A DNA stretch of 64,000 nucleotides from NCBI GenBank assembly GCA_965644315.1, contig CBFFRQ010000028.1, positions 118,994 through 182,993 of the forward strand, in the 5' to 3' direction. Positions 45,081-54,940 of this stretch are shown here, piece after piece (position 1 is the first letter of the stretch; every line of letters begins with the position of its first letter). The stretch comes from Caecitellus pseudoparvulus (taxonomy: Eukaryota > Protista > Bigyra: Bicosoecida). The notes beneath the pieces were generated by a model that was given only the letters and a program-made list of their open reading frames with translations, did no database searches and was not told the origin of the DNA. Made by a program: the position numbers and the translations under genes.

Positions 45081-48000
45081 ATGATCGCACCACGCCTCGG
45101 TGGGCGCTCCAAAGCCGAAGGAGACGCTGCCGAGGTGTACGGCCCTCTGCGCCCGCCCAAGTCGACTTCTGTAGCAACCCTCGTGAAGACATGGGGCTCC
45201 AAGACTGAGCGGCAGTTTCGGGATGTCCTGGTGCACGCCGTGCGCTGCCGAGCTGCGCGGCGCAAGGCAGCAGCGTTTCGCCAGCCCCACCCCGCCGCAG
45301 CGCTGGCTCGCACTCGTGAGCTACTGGAAACGGGGGATGGTGCTGACCTCATCTTGACTGTGAACGGCGTGGATGCATACCGTGTTCACCGGGCCATCGT
45401 GACTACTCGCAGTAGTGAGTGCGGCAGGAGTTGCGGTGCAGACCCAACACGCCAACAACCGCTCGCCTCCTCCTGCGCCAGACTTCTTAGCAGCGGCCTG
45501 TGCCGACGTGGAACCAAGCCTGCCTGCAGATGACGCGTCCCTCCCGTCTGTCAACATCACTGTGCCTTCTGAGGTGGCCGGTGCCTTTTCCACTGCGCTG
45601 CAGTGCATGTATGCCGGAGCGCCAGAAGCACCCCTGACAGAGCCGGCTGCTGCTCCAGCCGAAGGCAAGGACGCCTCTCATGGCTCCAGCACTCTGGAGC
45701 ACTGGCGCTTCATCGAGCTCATGTACGGCTTTTCAGCTGCCCCTGACGCCGCTGTGGGCGAGGGCAAGGCTGCAGCGGAGGAGGAGGACCCCTTCCTGGC
45801 CCCGGCTCGAGCTGCTCGAGCTGCGCTGGACTTCTTGCAGGTGGACATCGGCGACCCCTCACCCGAGGCCGCGTCTGCCTTCCGAAAGGCCCTCCGCACC
45901 AAGCGCATGCAGGCCGTGGGCGGCATCCGCTCTCTGCAGGGCGGAGCGGACACAGGGTGGGCGTGGGTGTCAGACAGCGAGGATGAGGACGTGCCGCCCA
46001 GCGGCGATGCACGCCACCTGGCGTATGGAGACCCCTTGTTGCAGCCGGTCCTGCCTGGAGACCCCGGCTACTCGCCGTCAACAAGCTCTGCAGCGTACCA
46101 GGCGGGCAAAGCCGTTGCTCCCTGGCAAGCGCCCATGCGACACCCCGACCTGCTCCCCAACCCTCGTCATCGCCTGTACATTCGCCCAGCTGAGAGACCC
46201 GACTTGCTCCCCGATGGCCCGGCCTTCGACACTGACGACGAAGAGGACGATGCCGCCGCCCCTGGAGCTGGTCAGCAGGCGGGTGAGCACGGGACTGCCC
46301 ATCGAGAGCCGGCGTACACATACGGCACAGTGCTGGCCGGCGCGCCCCCCTTCTGGGAGCCCATCACCGAGGCGCAGGTGGAGCAGGTGTTCCCCAATCG
46401 CCGCCTGCAGCTGGAAGACGAGGAAACCATGCGCAATGTGTGGGTGCCACCGCCCGCTTTTTTCGTCGACCACATGGACAGACCGCGCCCAGTGCCATAC
46501 CCTGACATTCAGCCCCTCATCCTCCCCCACATTCGCCCCCACCCCCGTCCTCGTCCTCGTCCTCGCCCTCGTCCCCGTCCCCATCGGCGCCCCCGTCGAG
46601 AGCCCCATCGGCACATCGCACCAGTGCCACAGCTGGAGCCTGAGCCAGACATTGCACCTATCCCGCCAGTACCCGAGCAACCCGACCTGGACGCATTGCG
46701 TGCTGGGGGCTTTCATGTGGATTACTTCCCACCACCGCCAGGTGCAGCTGCACCCGTGCAAGGGGGCGCTGCGCCGATGCAGGCAGCGGCTCAGGCAGCC
46801 GAGCTTGCGCAGGCGGTGCAGCCCATCGTCCCCGCCCCTGGCCAAGCCCAAGGCCCCCGCCGCCCTCACCGCGACGGGCAGGCAGGGGAGGGCAAGGATG
46901 AGCCGGCAGCCGCAGCTGGCGATGCGCCTGCCAAGGCCGCGCCGGCAACTGGTGAAGCGGCGGCGGCGGCGTTGGGCGCGCTGGATGCCGTGGCAGAGTC
47001 CCCCGCCTTTGAGAGTGTGCAGGGGGATCTGTGGAGGCTGTACGGCGACGTGGCCACAGCGGATACGGTGCTGGAGGTGAAGGCACCAGGAACAGAGCAG
47101 GTACTGTTCCGAGTGCTGGCCCACCGAGCTGTGCTCGTGGCCCAAGCTGACTACCTCCGCACGCTGCTGTGTGGCGGGTGGGCCGATGGGGCCACCCTGC
47201 GGGCGTGGGATGGTGCTGGCGCCGCTGCGCCACCTGCAGCCGCGGGCCCAGGCTCCGCACCTGGCGCCCCAGTGCCGACGTACACCGCCCTCAGCACGAC
47301 GCAGAAGGACGGCTCTGAGGCGCAGGCCATCACCGACATCTTGGGGCATCAGGTGACGCCTGAGGAGGATGCGGTGCTGGCGGGCCGCCGCATGGCATGG
47401 GTGTGTCTCGAGGCTGATGCCGCAGGAGACACGGCACTGCCCCTGCTCCTGCTCCTGCGTGCCGCGTATGGCGGTGCTCAGGCACTGAACGAAGGGCTGC
47501 TGACCACGGTGCGGGTGCTGGCCGAGGACGCGGCCAACGCTGCAGGGGTTGGGGAAGAAGGGGGCGCCAGTGTGGCCGACGCGCTGGCTGGCCTGGCTGG
47601 CCAACCTCCCCTGCACGCCGCCACACAACTGGCTGTGGACGCCCTGCGTGTGGCCCACTTCCTCGCCTGCCCTGTCGCAGTGCGGTGCTTGGAAGGACTG
47701 CTTGCGGGCTGTGTTTCCCGGGAGACTGCAGTGCCGCTGCTCGAGTTTGCTGAGGCCACCGAGTCTGCATGGCTGCGTGGCGCTGTGCGCTGGTACTGCC
47801 TGTCTCACTTTGAGCAGCTGGTGTACCCTCTGGCGCCCACCGACTTCTCCGAGGTAGCAGCAGAGGTCCACGGGCTGAAGACTGCCCCGATGGAGGGTGG
47901 GTGGCCCGTCCGTGCGACCACCTTCACCTTTGCGTGGCTGCCAGGGCCCTTGCCCCCGCCCGGAGCAGGCAACGTGTGGAGGGCGGCCGACCTCACCGTG

Positions 48001-48756
48001 GGCAAGGTGTTCAAGACGGACGACGGCAGCGTCGTGGCCTGGCAGCCCCTGCACCCCACCACACAGCTCCCGGCCCAGCTGGACGGCACAAAGGAGGCCG
48101 AGGGTGGGGCTGCGGCCGGCGCCGCGCCCGGCGATGCATCCGAAGAATCCTTCGTGCCCCCTGTGGTGGACCTGGAGGGCTCCACGCTGCTGGCCCTGCT
48201 CCACGACAATGACTTGCAGGCGGATGAGAGCTCAGTGCTGCAGGCGGCGCTCGTATGGGGCAAGCATCGCGCCATGGCAGCGGCCGCGGAAAAGGCTGCT
48301 GCCGAAGGCAAGCCGCTCAAGCGCAAAGGCAAGAAGTTCTACGCCAAACGCCTGCCCCCCATCTTCGCAGAGGTTGCCGGGGAAGAGGGCGGCCTGCTGG
48401 ATGCCGTGCGCCTGGGGTACATGACGGCCACGGCTGCGGTGCTGCAGAGCGCCATGGATTACGCCGTGGTGGATGAGCAGAGTGTGCTGGATGCGGTGGA
48501 CTTTGCCAACCCGGACTCTGTCGACGGTGCAGACCTGCGCAACGGCGTGTTGCAGGAGGCGCAGCAGGCGTACTCCGCCGCCGCGGACCAGCTGGCTGCC
48601 TGGGCTGTCACCGCCACGGCGTCTGGTGCACCCAGCGAGGAGCTGGTTCGGGCAGCAGGGACGGCGCCGCCAGGTAGCAACATGCCGCGCGCGCATCGGG
48701 GCATTCTGGCAGACCTCACCCTGCATCTGAAACGCGAGTGCATTACGACGGGGTGA
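45081..48756 (+). CDS. BTB/POZ (two) plus BACK-like domain protein with long low-complexity insertions; intron near 45415-45481
   Basis: Segments ADLILTV...VHRAIVTTRS, FSTALQCMYAG, ADTVLEV...AHRAVLVAQADYL, YCLSHFEQL and LLHDNDLQADESSVLQAALVW. Confidence 0.7.
46543..46581 (+). repeat. imperfect (CCYCGY)n hexamer repeat encoding poly(Pro-Arg)
   Basis: ccccgt cctcgt cctcgt cctcgc cctcgt ccccgt ccc seen directly. Confidence 0.85.
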
Positions 48757-48777
48757 GGGGGGCATGCGCGTGGCCGG

Positions 48778-51585
48778 TCAGGGCTGGCGGGCTGTGGGCC
48801 CCGGCAGCGTGTCGGCCAGGTGCGCCAGCGGAGAAGCTAGCAATGCACTGCGCACCCCTTGCAGCAGCTCCATGTCGCTCTGCCGGGGCAGTGTGCCAAA
48901 CACGATCGGGTGCTGCTCCGCGTGGGTGGCTGACGGGGCAGCGACGCCCGCTGCCGCCTGCATCACTGCCTGTTCCTGCAGGGCGGCAGAAGTGGCAGGC
49001 ACAGCCACTGCCGCGGTCTGACTTGTCGCGGCATCGTCCACCGCCTTGCGGGCGGCCGCCACCTGCCGCTGCATGCGCCGCCGCACCTTCACTGGCTGGG
49101 GCCCAGCCCACTGCATGCCGGCGCCCTCCGCCACAGCGGCCGTGAGTGCCCACGTGCCGTCCACATACCACTTGTTGAAGGCCTCCCGGCGGCGCCGGAC
49201 CTCAGCTGCGGCCAGGGACACCTGCTCGGGGCCGCTCCCGTCACTGGGCTCCTTGGCAGCTTGCTTCTTGCTCGGTTTTGGAGCGTGACGGGACGAGGGG
49301 GGGGTGGCGCCTCCCGGCCGCGGACCCCACAGAATCACCTGCCCACTGGCCAACTGGGGCCCGCTGGGGGCGGCATCCACCGCGGGAGCCAGGCGGCCCA
49401 GGACGTACTCCCAGGCCGCTGGATCCCACACTCCCGCGGCAGCCATGCCGTGCGCACACACCAGGGCCGACGGGGCGGACAGGGGCTGGTCCAGGTGGGG
49501 CAGGGACGCAGCGGAGGCGAGGACCAGCTCCCGCTCCAGGGCTTCCGTGGCAGGGGCGGGGGGCAGGGAGCCTTCTGCGCGGGCTCGGGCTGCCTCCCCA
49601 ATGGCGTACAGCACGCGGGGGATGTGCACGGTGCGCCAGTCCACGCCCTGAGACGCGGCGCCCTCATCCGGCAGCAGAGCGGAGGAGGCCGTGGGGGCTG
49701 CACCCAACGCAAACCAATTCTCCCGCACAGTCCACTCCGTAAGCTTGCCGTGGGCAGGCGTGGAGGCGGGGGGCGTTCGTGCTGCGTAGGGAGAGGCCGC
49801 CTCTGGCGGTGGCGCCTGAGCGGCCGCCTCAGCCGCACACAGCACCGCGTGCAGGCGCTGCACGAGGCTGTCCCACAGGCTGGACCCCTTGATTTCCACG
49901 TGCTCCGCAGAGGCGGCGGCTGCCTGCCGTCGGGCTGCTGCCCGCTGACTGGCTGGCACACGCTGCAAATTGTGCCAGTCCATGGCTGTGACTTGGTCGA
50001 AGACACCCTGGTACGTGAACGCCACCTCGAGGGGCAGGGCAGAGGAGATGGCATCGCTGAGGCGCCCTGTGGCGTGGGCGTTAGACCGCTCGCCTGCTCT
50101 GGCCTTGGCACCCTCGTGGCCGTTGCCCCCCAGGACGAGGTCTGACAGGGGCGCGGAGGTGGAGGCGCTCGCGAGCTGCATGCGAGCCATGGCGTACAGC
50201 GCGCCTGCCAGGAACACCATGGAGTCGGTGCGCTGCAGCGTGCCGCGCTCCCGCAGCTTGTACAGCAGCTGCAGCACGCCGGGGGCGGACGGCGTGGGGG
50301 ACACGGCTTGTGCAATGAGTACCCCTGCGTAGTCCACATCCAGGCACAGGCTGGGGTCGTCAGCGACCCGGTTCAGCAGGAGACCGGGCAGGGCAGAGGG
50401 GGCGCCGGGGGCGCCTGCCGCAGCCAAGGCGATGGTGGACAGCGACCTGCCCCGGATGTCGGGCAGGGTGGCACACGCCCGCTGCTCCAGCGCCCGCAAC
50501 AGGGGTCCGTCCAGCAGCCCCAGTGCAGCGCACGCCTGCGCAACGTGGGTGAGGGTGGAAGGGGAGCCCTCTCGCACCGCCTCCAGTGCAGCTGTGTGCA
50601 GGGTGGCGCGACAGGACTCGTCCAGGTCCAGCGCATCCCGCTGCCGGTACAGTGCCCACAGCACGATGGAGACGCCTTGCTGGCTGAAGCCGGGCAGGCG
50701 GGGCAGGATGACGTCCAGTGCAGCTGACATGAGCTCTGGCACCGACACCTGCGCGTGGCCGTACGCCTGCAGCAGCATGCACAGGCCCTGGTCCGTGTGG
50801 GCCTCAAGCTGCCGCATGACGGTGGGCGCCAGAGCTCGGAAGACGCCCGGCTGTGCCAGGCGCCAGCGGGACAGTGCGAACAGGCACTGCACGAGGGAAA
50901 CACTGTCGTAGTAGTCCACCCTGCCAGAGGCCAGGACAGGCAGCAGCGTGCCTGCAGCCTGCAACAGCCCCTGCATGGCGGCATCGGGTGTGGGCGGTGT
51001 CAGGCGGTGCAGGGCGTACAGGACAGTGGACAGCGAACGCAGGTCCCACTCCTCCGGCTCCAGGCGCAGAGACCGGGAGATGGTGTCCAGCAGCAGCGCC
51101 CACCGGGAATCCACCAGCACCTGCTCTGACAGCACTCGCTGGGGCAAGCGGGATCGAGACACTGCCATGACCAGTGCACTGATCACGCCGGGCGTGAAGC
51201 AGGGCTTGTCAGCGTAACGCTCGACGAGGGCTAGCTGCACCGCTGCTTGCAGAGGTGCCTCATGCACGCCCCACTCATTGTGCAGGCGCGATGACAGCGC
51301 TGCGAGCCGGGCAGGGTTCTCGAAGTCCGCTGGCAGCTCAGCCACGCGCCCACGCAGCTCCGCAAGGCGCCAAGGATCCACTGGGGCGGCGTCCTCCCGG
51401 TGCCCTCGACTTTCGCCGTGCCCACTCCGTGTACTGCCATCCAGCCCGCGTTTGCGCGGCCTCGCAGCTGTCGCGAGCGTGGCTCGTGCTGCGTGGCCCA
51501 GCACCAGAGGCGGTGTTCGGGGCAAGGTGCCCACCAAATGGGACGCTGCACCAGACAGGAGGCGCCTGGTGAGAACCTGTGCCAT
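48778..51585 (-). CDS. helical-repeat (OPR/HPR/FASTK-like) putative mitochondrial RNA-binding protein
   Basis: Presequence-like MAQVLTRRLLSGAASH. Repeats of roughly 37-45 aa: FTPGVISALVMAVSR, WDLRSLSTVLYALHRL, YDSVSLVQCLFALSR, HTDQGLCMLLQAYGH, FSQQGVSIVLWALYR, SPSTLTHVAQACAALG. Confidence 0.6.
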   Translation of the reverse strand: MAQVLTRRLLSGAASHLVGTLPRTPPLVLGHAARATLATAARPRKRGLDGSTRSGHGESRGHREDAAPVDPWRLAELRGRVAELPADFENPARLAALSSRLHNEWGVHEAPLQAAVQLALVERYADKPCFTPGVISALVMAVSRSRLPQRVLSEQVLVDSRWALLLDTISRSLRLEPEEWDLRSLSTVLYALHRLTPPTPDAAMQGLLQAAGTLLPVLASGRVDYYDSVSLVQCLFALSRWRLAQPGVFRALAPTVMRQLEAHTDQGLCMLLQAYGHAQVSVPELMSAALDVILPRLPGFSQQGVSIVLWALYRQRDALDLDESCRATLHTAALEAVREGSPSTLTHVAQACAALGLLDGPLLRALEQRACATLPDIRGRSLSTIALAAAGAPGAPSALPGLLLNRVADDPSLCLDVDYAGVLIAQAVSPTPSAPGVLQLLYKLRERGTLQRTDSMVFLAGALYAMARMQLASASTSAPLSDLVLGGNGHEGAKARAGERSNAHATGRLSDAISSALPLEVAFTYQGVFDQVTAMDWHNLQRVPASQRAAARRQAAAASAEHVEIKGSSLWDSLVQRLHAVLCAAEAAAQAPPPEAASPYAARTPPASTPAHGKLTEWTVRENWFALGAAPTASSALLPDEGAASQGVDWRTVHIPRVLYAIGEAARARAEGSLPPAPATEALERELVLASAASLPHLDQPLSAPSALVCAHGMAAAGVWDPAAWEYVLGRLAPAVDAAPSGPQLASGQVILWGPRPGGATPPSSRHAPKPSKKQAAKEPSDGSGPEQVSLAAAEVRRRREAFNKWYVDGTWALTAAVAEGAGMQWAGPQPVKVRRRMQRQVAAARKAVDDAATSQTAAVAVPATSAALQEQAVMQAAAGVAAPSATHAEQHPIVFGTLPRQSDMELLQGVRSALLASPLAHLADTLPGPTARQP

Positions 51586-51916
51586 ATTACAGTGTATCGT
51601 TTCACAAAAGTAGACCTATGGTGCTCTGGAACCCCTTCGCAGGTCTGGTAGTGGGCAGCAAGGATGTGCGGCGTGAGCCAATTTCCGCATGCAGTCTGTC
51701 TGGCAAGCACGACTCCTTCTGTCGGGCATGGAAGCCTGAGCAGTGCGGCAGCCACAATGCACTCGCAACACAATGATGATGTGCCTGACTGTGTCGCGCT
51801 GGTGTGTTTAATTTGACCTGTCGCCAACCAGAGAGAGTGCCATTTCGTGGCGCAATGCGCTGCCAGTCCAGGTGCAGACTGTGCCCCTCCTGGCTCCCCG
51901 CGCTCACCAGACAGGC

Positions 51917-53867
51917 TCACCTGCCGAAGCTTGTGACAAATGTGCCCACCTGCCTTGCAGCAGCACGCGCTGCCTCAGGCCAGGACCGCACCCGCCCCCG
52001 CCGGTCTTGGCGATTCTGCGCGACCAACACAGCTGTGCCCACCGCCAAGCCCACCGCCGTCACAGTCAAGACAGTGCCCAGCAGTGAGCGCTGAGGAGCC
52101 TCAGCTGCTGGCTCAGGTTCCGGGGTGGCGTCCTCAGGGATGGCCTTGGCACTTTCGTCACTGGGCTGCTGCTTTGCCGGTGCTGCAGTGGCCACCGCCA
52201 CCACCCACATGTTCCCCTCCCTGCGCAGGTGGTCCAGGCGTGCCTCCCACTCTGTGCGCAAGAGGTTCACACCCTTGCCCGTGAGGGCAGTCGCCAGCTC
52301 GTCCTTGTGCTGCGCCAGGGTGGCCAGGTCCGCCTCCAGGTACCCAGCGTACCGCCCACTCTCATCTTGCACCTGCACAGCCAAGCCAGCATCCTGCAGG
52401 CCACGCGCCAGGTCGTCCTTGGTGCTTGGGTTGATGGAGTTCACGGCGCAGAAGGCGGCATAGTCCTTGGCGCCCTCCCCTGCTGCCAAGCAGAAGTCTG
52501 CCAGCACCAGCTTTCCCCCCGGCTTCAGCCAGGCGCTGAGCTTCTGCAGCACGGCGCGCCGGCTGCGCAAGCCGAGAGTGGCCTCACGGCAGTGAATGGC
52601 GTCGAAAGAGTTGTTGGGGAACTGCGCTTGGTCCAGGTGCATGAGTTCGAAGTCCACCTTGAGGCCTGTTGCGCCAGGCTCCCCTGCCCGCTGCCGGGCC
52701 AGATCCAGCTGCTCGGCACGGTCAGACAAGCCGGTGACAGAGCAGCCCAGGGTGCGTGCGATGTAGAACGTGGAGCCGCCGATGCCACAGCCAATGTCCA
52801 AGACGTGGGCGGAGGGCGGCAAGGGGACTAGGTGCTGCACAGTCAGGGCGGCAGTGTGCTTGCCGCCGATGCTGTTGAAACTGCGGCCAAAGACGACTTC
52901 GAGCCTGTGAAGGGGGGGGGGGGGCGAGTGAGGTTAGGGTTGGCGATGCACACCTCATACCACGGGACGCACGCTTTGTCGGCTGAGAAGGGCTCGGCTG
53001 TGGTCTCCTGCTGCGACTGGGGGGTGATGCTGCCGCTGGCCTTGGCGTGTCGTGGGCTGCCGGGCCCCGGCGAGGGCGGGGCGGGGGGGTCCCCCCGAGG
53101 GCGGGCAGGGGAGCGCTCAGAGGAAGCCACTGTCTCATCCCCCTCCTCCACTGCGGGCATGGTTCCGTGGGGAGCGGGGGGCGCCCGCGCACTGCCAGGC
53201 GACGCTCGTGCGGCAGTGGCGGCCACCGCCGCCTCGTGCGCCGATACAAACGCGCGAAACAGCTGGTCTGTCTTGAACCGAAGGCCGAAACGGGACTTGG
53301 TTGTGGCCAGCGTGCCTTCAGCCTGATTGTACACGGCGCAGGTAAAGTACACAGACCTGCCGTCCGTGCTCTGCGGAGCGATGGCAAGGGAGTCAATTGC
53401 AAGGCCAGCAGAGGTGAGCGCGTGCAGCAGTGCCGCCACCGCTGGACAAACAGGGCGCAAAGCATGCGTGGCCCTGCTGTGTGTGTGACGCTGGTAGGAC
53501 CGCGCCTTATCCATGCCGCAAAGCCTTGGACTTGTCGTAGTACTGCCTGCTTGCCCCGATTTCCGCAGACTGCACCAGGCCCGAGCCCAAGCGCAACGTA
53601 GGGACAAGCAGCACGCACCAGGCTGTCTTCGGGTGCAATGGGATGGTAAAGAATCAAGTTCGTCGGCTTCACCCGCGACTCCCGCACCCAAAGCTTGTAC
53701 GTGCCACTGGAGTGCGACTGCAGCACCTTGGCTTCCACCTTGGCCACGGACTCCCATGCACTCTCCACCCAGCGAAACAGGCGACCACGCCCTGAGAAGA
53801 GCTCCCGGTGCTGTCTCTGACGAGCTCGGCTGCCACCAGCGTCACTGCTTGTTTCGGAAGCTGCCAT
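51917..53867 (-). CDS. Ran-binding(PH-like) domain plus phosphoethanolamine N-methyltransferase-like domain plus C-terminal transmembrane segment (multi-exon)
   Basis: N-terminal: ELFSGRGRLFRW...W...KVLQS...YKLWVR...LYHPI...DGRSVYFT...FGLRFKT. Methyltransferase: LEVVFGRSFNSIGG...VLDIGCGIGGSTFYIA...FDAIHCRE...WLKPGGKLVLADFC. Tail: LLGTVLTVTAVGLAVGTAVLVA. Confidence 0.75.
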
Positions 53868-54371
53868 GGCTTCCAAGTCAGGCAAGGCTTTCCCAACGGT
53901 TGTCACCACCAGCGTGACGCAGCTTCCCTCACTTTGTCCGCCAGCCTGCACACCACACTGAGCGACCGGGCCCTGCTGCGCAAAGGGGGCATGAGGCCAT
54001 GTGGCGCAGGATGACGTGGGGGTTTTTTTTGGAGCAGGTCTCCTGTTGCACCGGCAAACGCTGGCCAATCGCGTGCTCTTCGCACCGCGAAGCTGCATTC
54101 ACAGCCGACCCTGCCTCCAAAAAATCAACGTCGAAGCCTGCAGCCCAGCGCGGAGATGCCCCTCTATATACTTCCCTTCTGCAGCATCGGGTACCAACCG
54201 TGGCGCTCACACGGCTGTCGAGCGGCGGCCCCGTGCTTGGCAAGGCCGCAAGGATCTGGACTGCGCGAAACCAGTGCGCCACTGTGCTGGGTGCGTAGCC
54301 TCGCACGGGCGGGCTGTCACGTTGGGCTTCTCGTAGCACCTTTTCCTGGCTGTTTTCCAGGGCTCATCGCC

Positions 54372-54925
54372 ATGGCCTCCAGCTCGGTGGCCTCTGAGGC
54401 CAAGGATGTGAGCTGGCACGTGCCCCCCTGACGTCAGGTGCAGATTCCGCACGCCACCAGCCTTTTGCCCAGGTTCTCGGAGGCGCCCTTCAAGTGTGTG
54501 GCACAGACCCAGTGACTGGCTACTTCCGTGACGGGTACTGCAAAACGTGCTCTGCGGACATGGGCTCGCACACTGTGTGTGCTGAGGTGACAGAGGACTT
54601 CCTGGCCTACACCAAGGCCCAGGGCAACGACCTCAGCACGCCAAACCCAGTCTACGGCTTCCCTGGCCTGAAGCCAGGGGATGGCTGGTGCCTGTGTGCG
54701 AGTCGATGGCTGGAGGCAGAGAAGGCGGGCTTTGCGCCCCTTGTGAACTTGGCTGCAACGCACGAGCGGGCGCTGGAAATCGTGCCCTTGGCGACCCTGA
54801 AGCTGTACGCGGCCGGCAGCTCTGAGATGGAAGTCAAAGCAGGTGGCGAGGCAGCGCCAGGAGAGACCAGCAGCACAGCAGCAGCGGCTGCGCCGAAGCC
54901 TACAGGCAGGGGCAAGTCTCCGTGA
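54372..54925 (+). CDS. DUF2237 family protein; intron 54408-54472
   Basis: VLGGALQVCGTDPVTGYFRDGYC...GSHTVCA...GNDLSTP...FPGLKPGDGWCLCASRW...ATHERAL. Confidence 0.9.
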
Positions 54926-54932
54926 ATGCATT
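54925..54932. terminator. palindromic AATGCATT, candidate bidirectional 3'-end/poly(A) signal
   Basis: Lies between the convergent stop codons at 54925 and 54941; AATGCA recurs after many other stops in the window. Confidence 0.45.
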
Positions 54933-54940
54933 GCACCGCG

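Noticed and set aside
8508-48204. Long antisense or alternative-frame ORFs (e.g. 8508-9887, 13273-14667, 39848-41503, 46078-48204)
   Set aside because: These are shadow ORFs expected opposite GC3-rich genes, and they carry no recognisable motifs.
53870-54370. T-run and possible ncRNA in the divergent intergenic region
   Set aside because: No tRNA cloverleaf, snoRNA box pair or Sm site could be identified.
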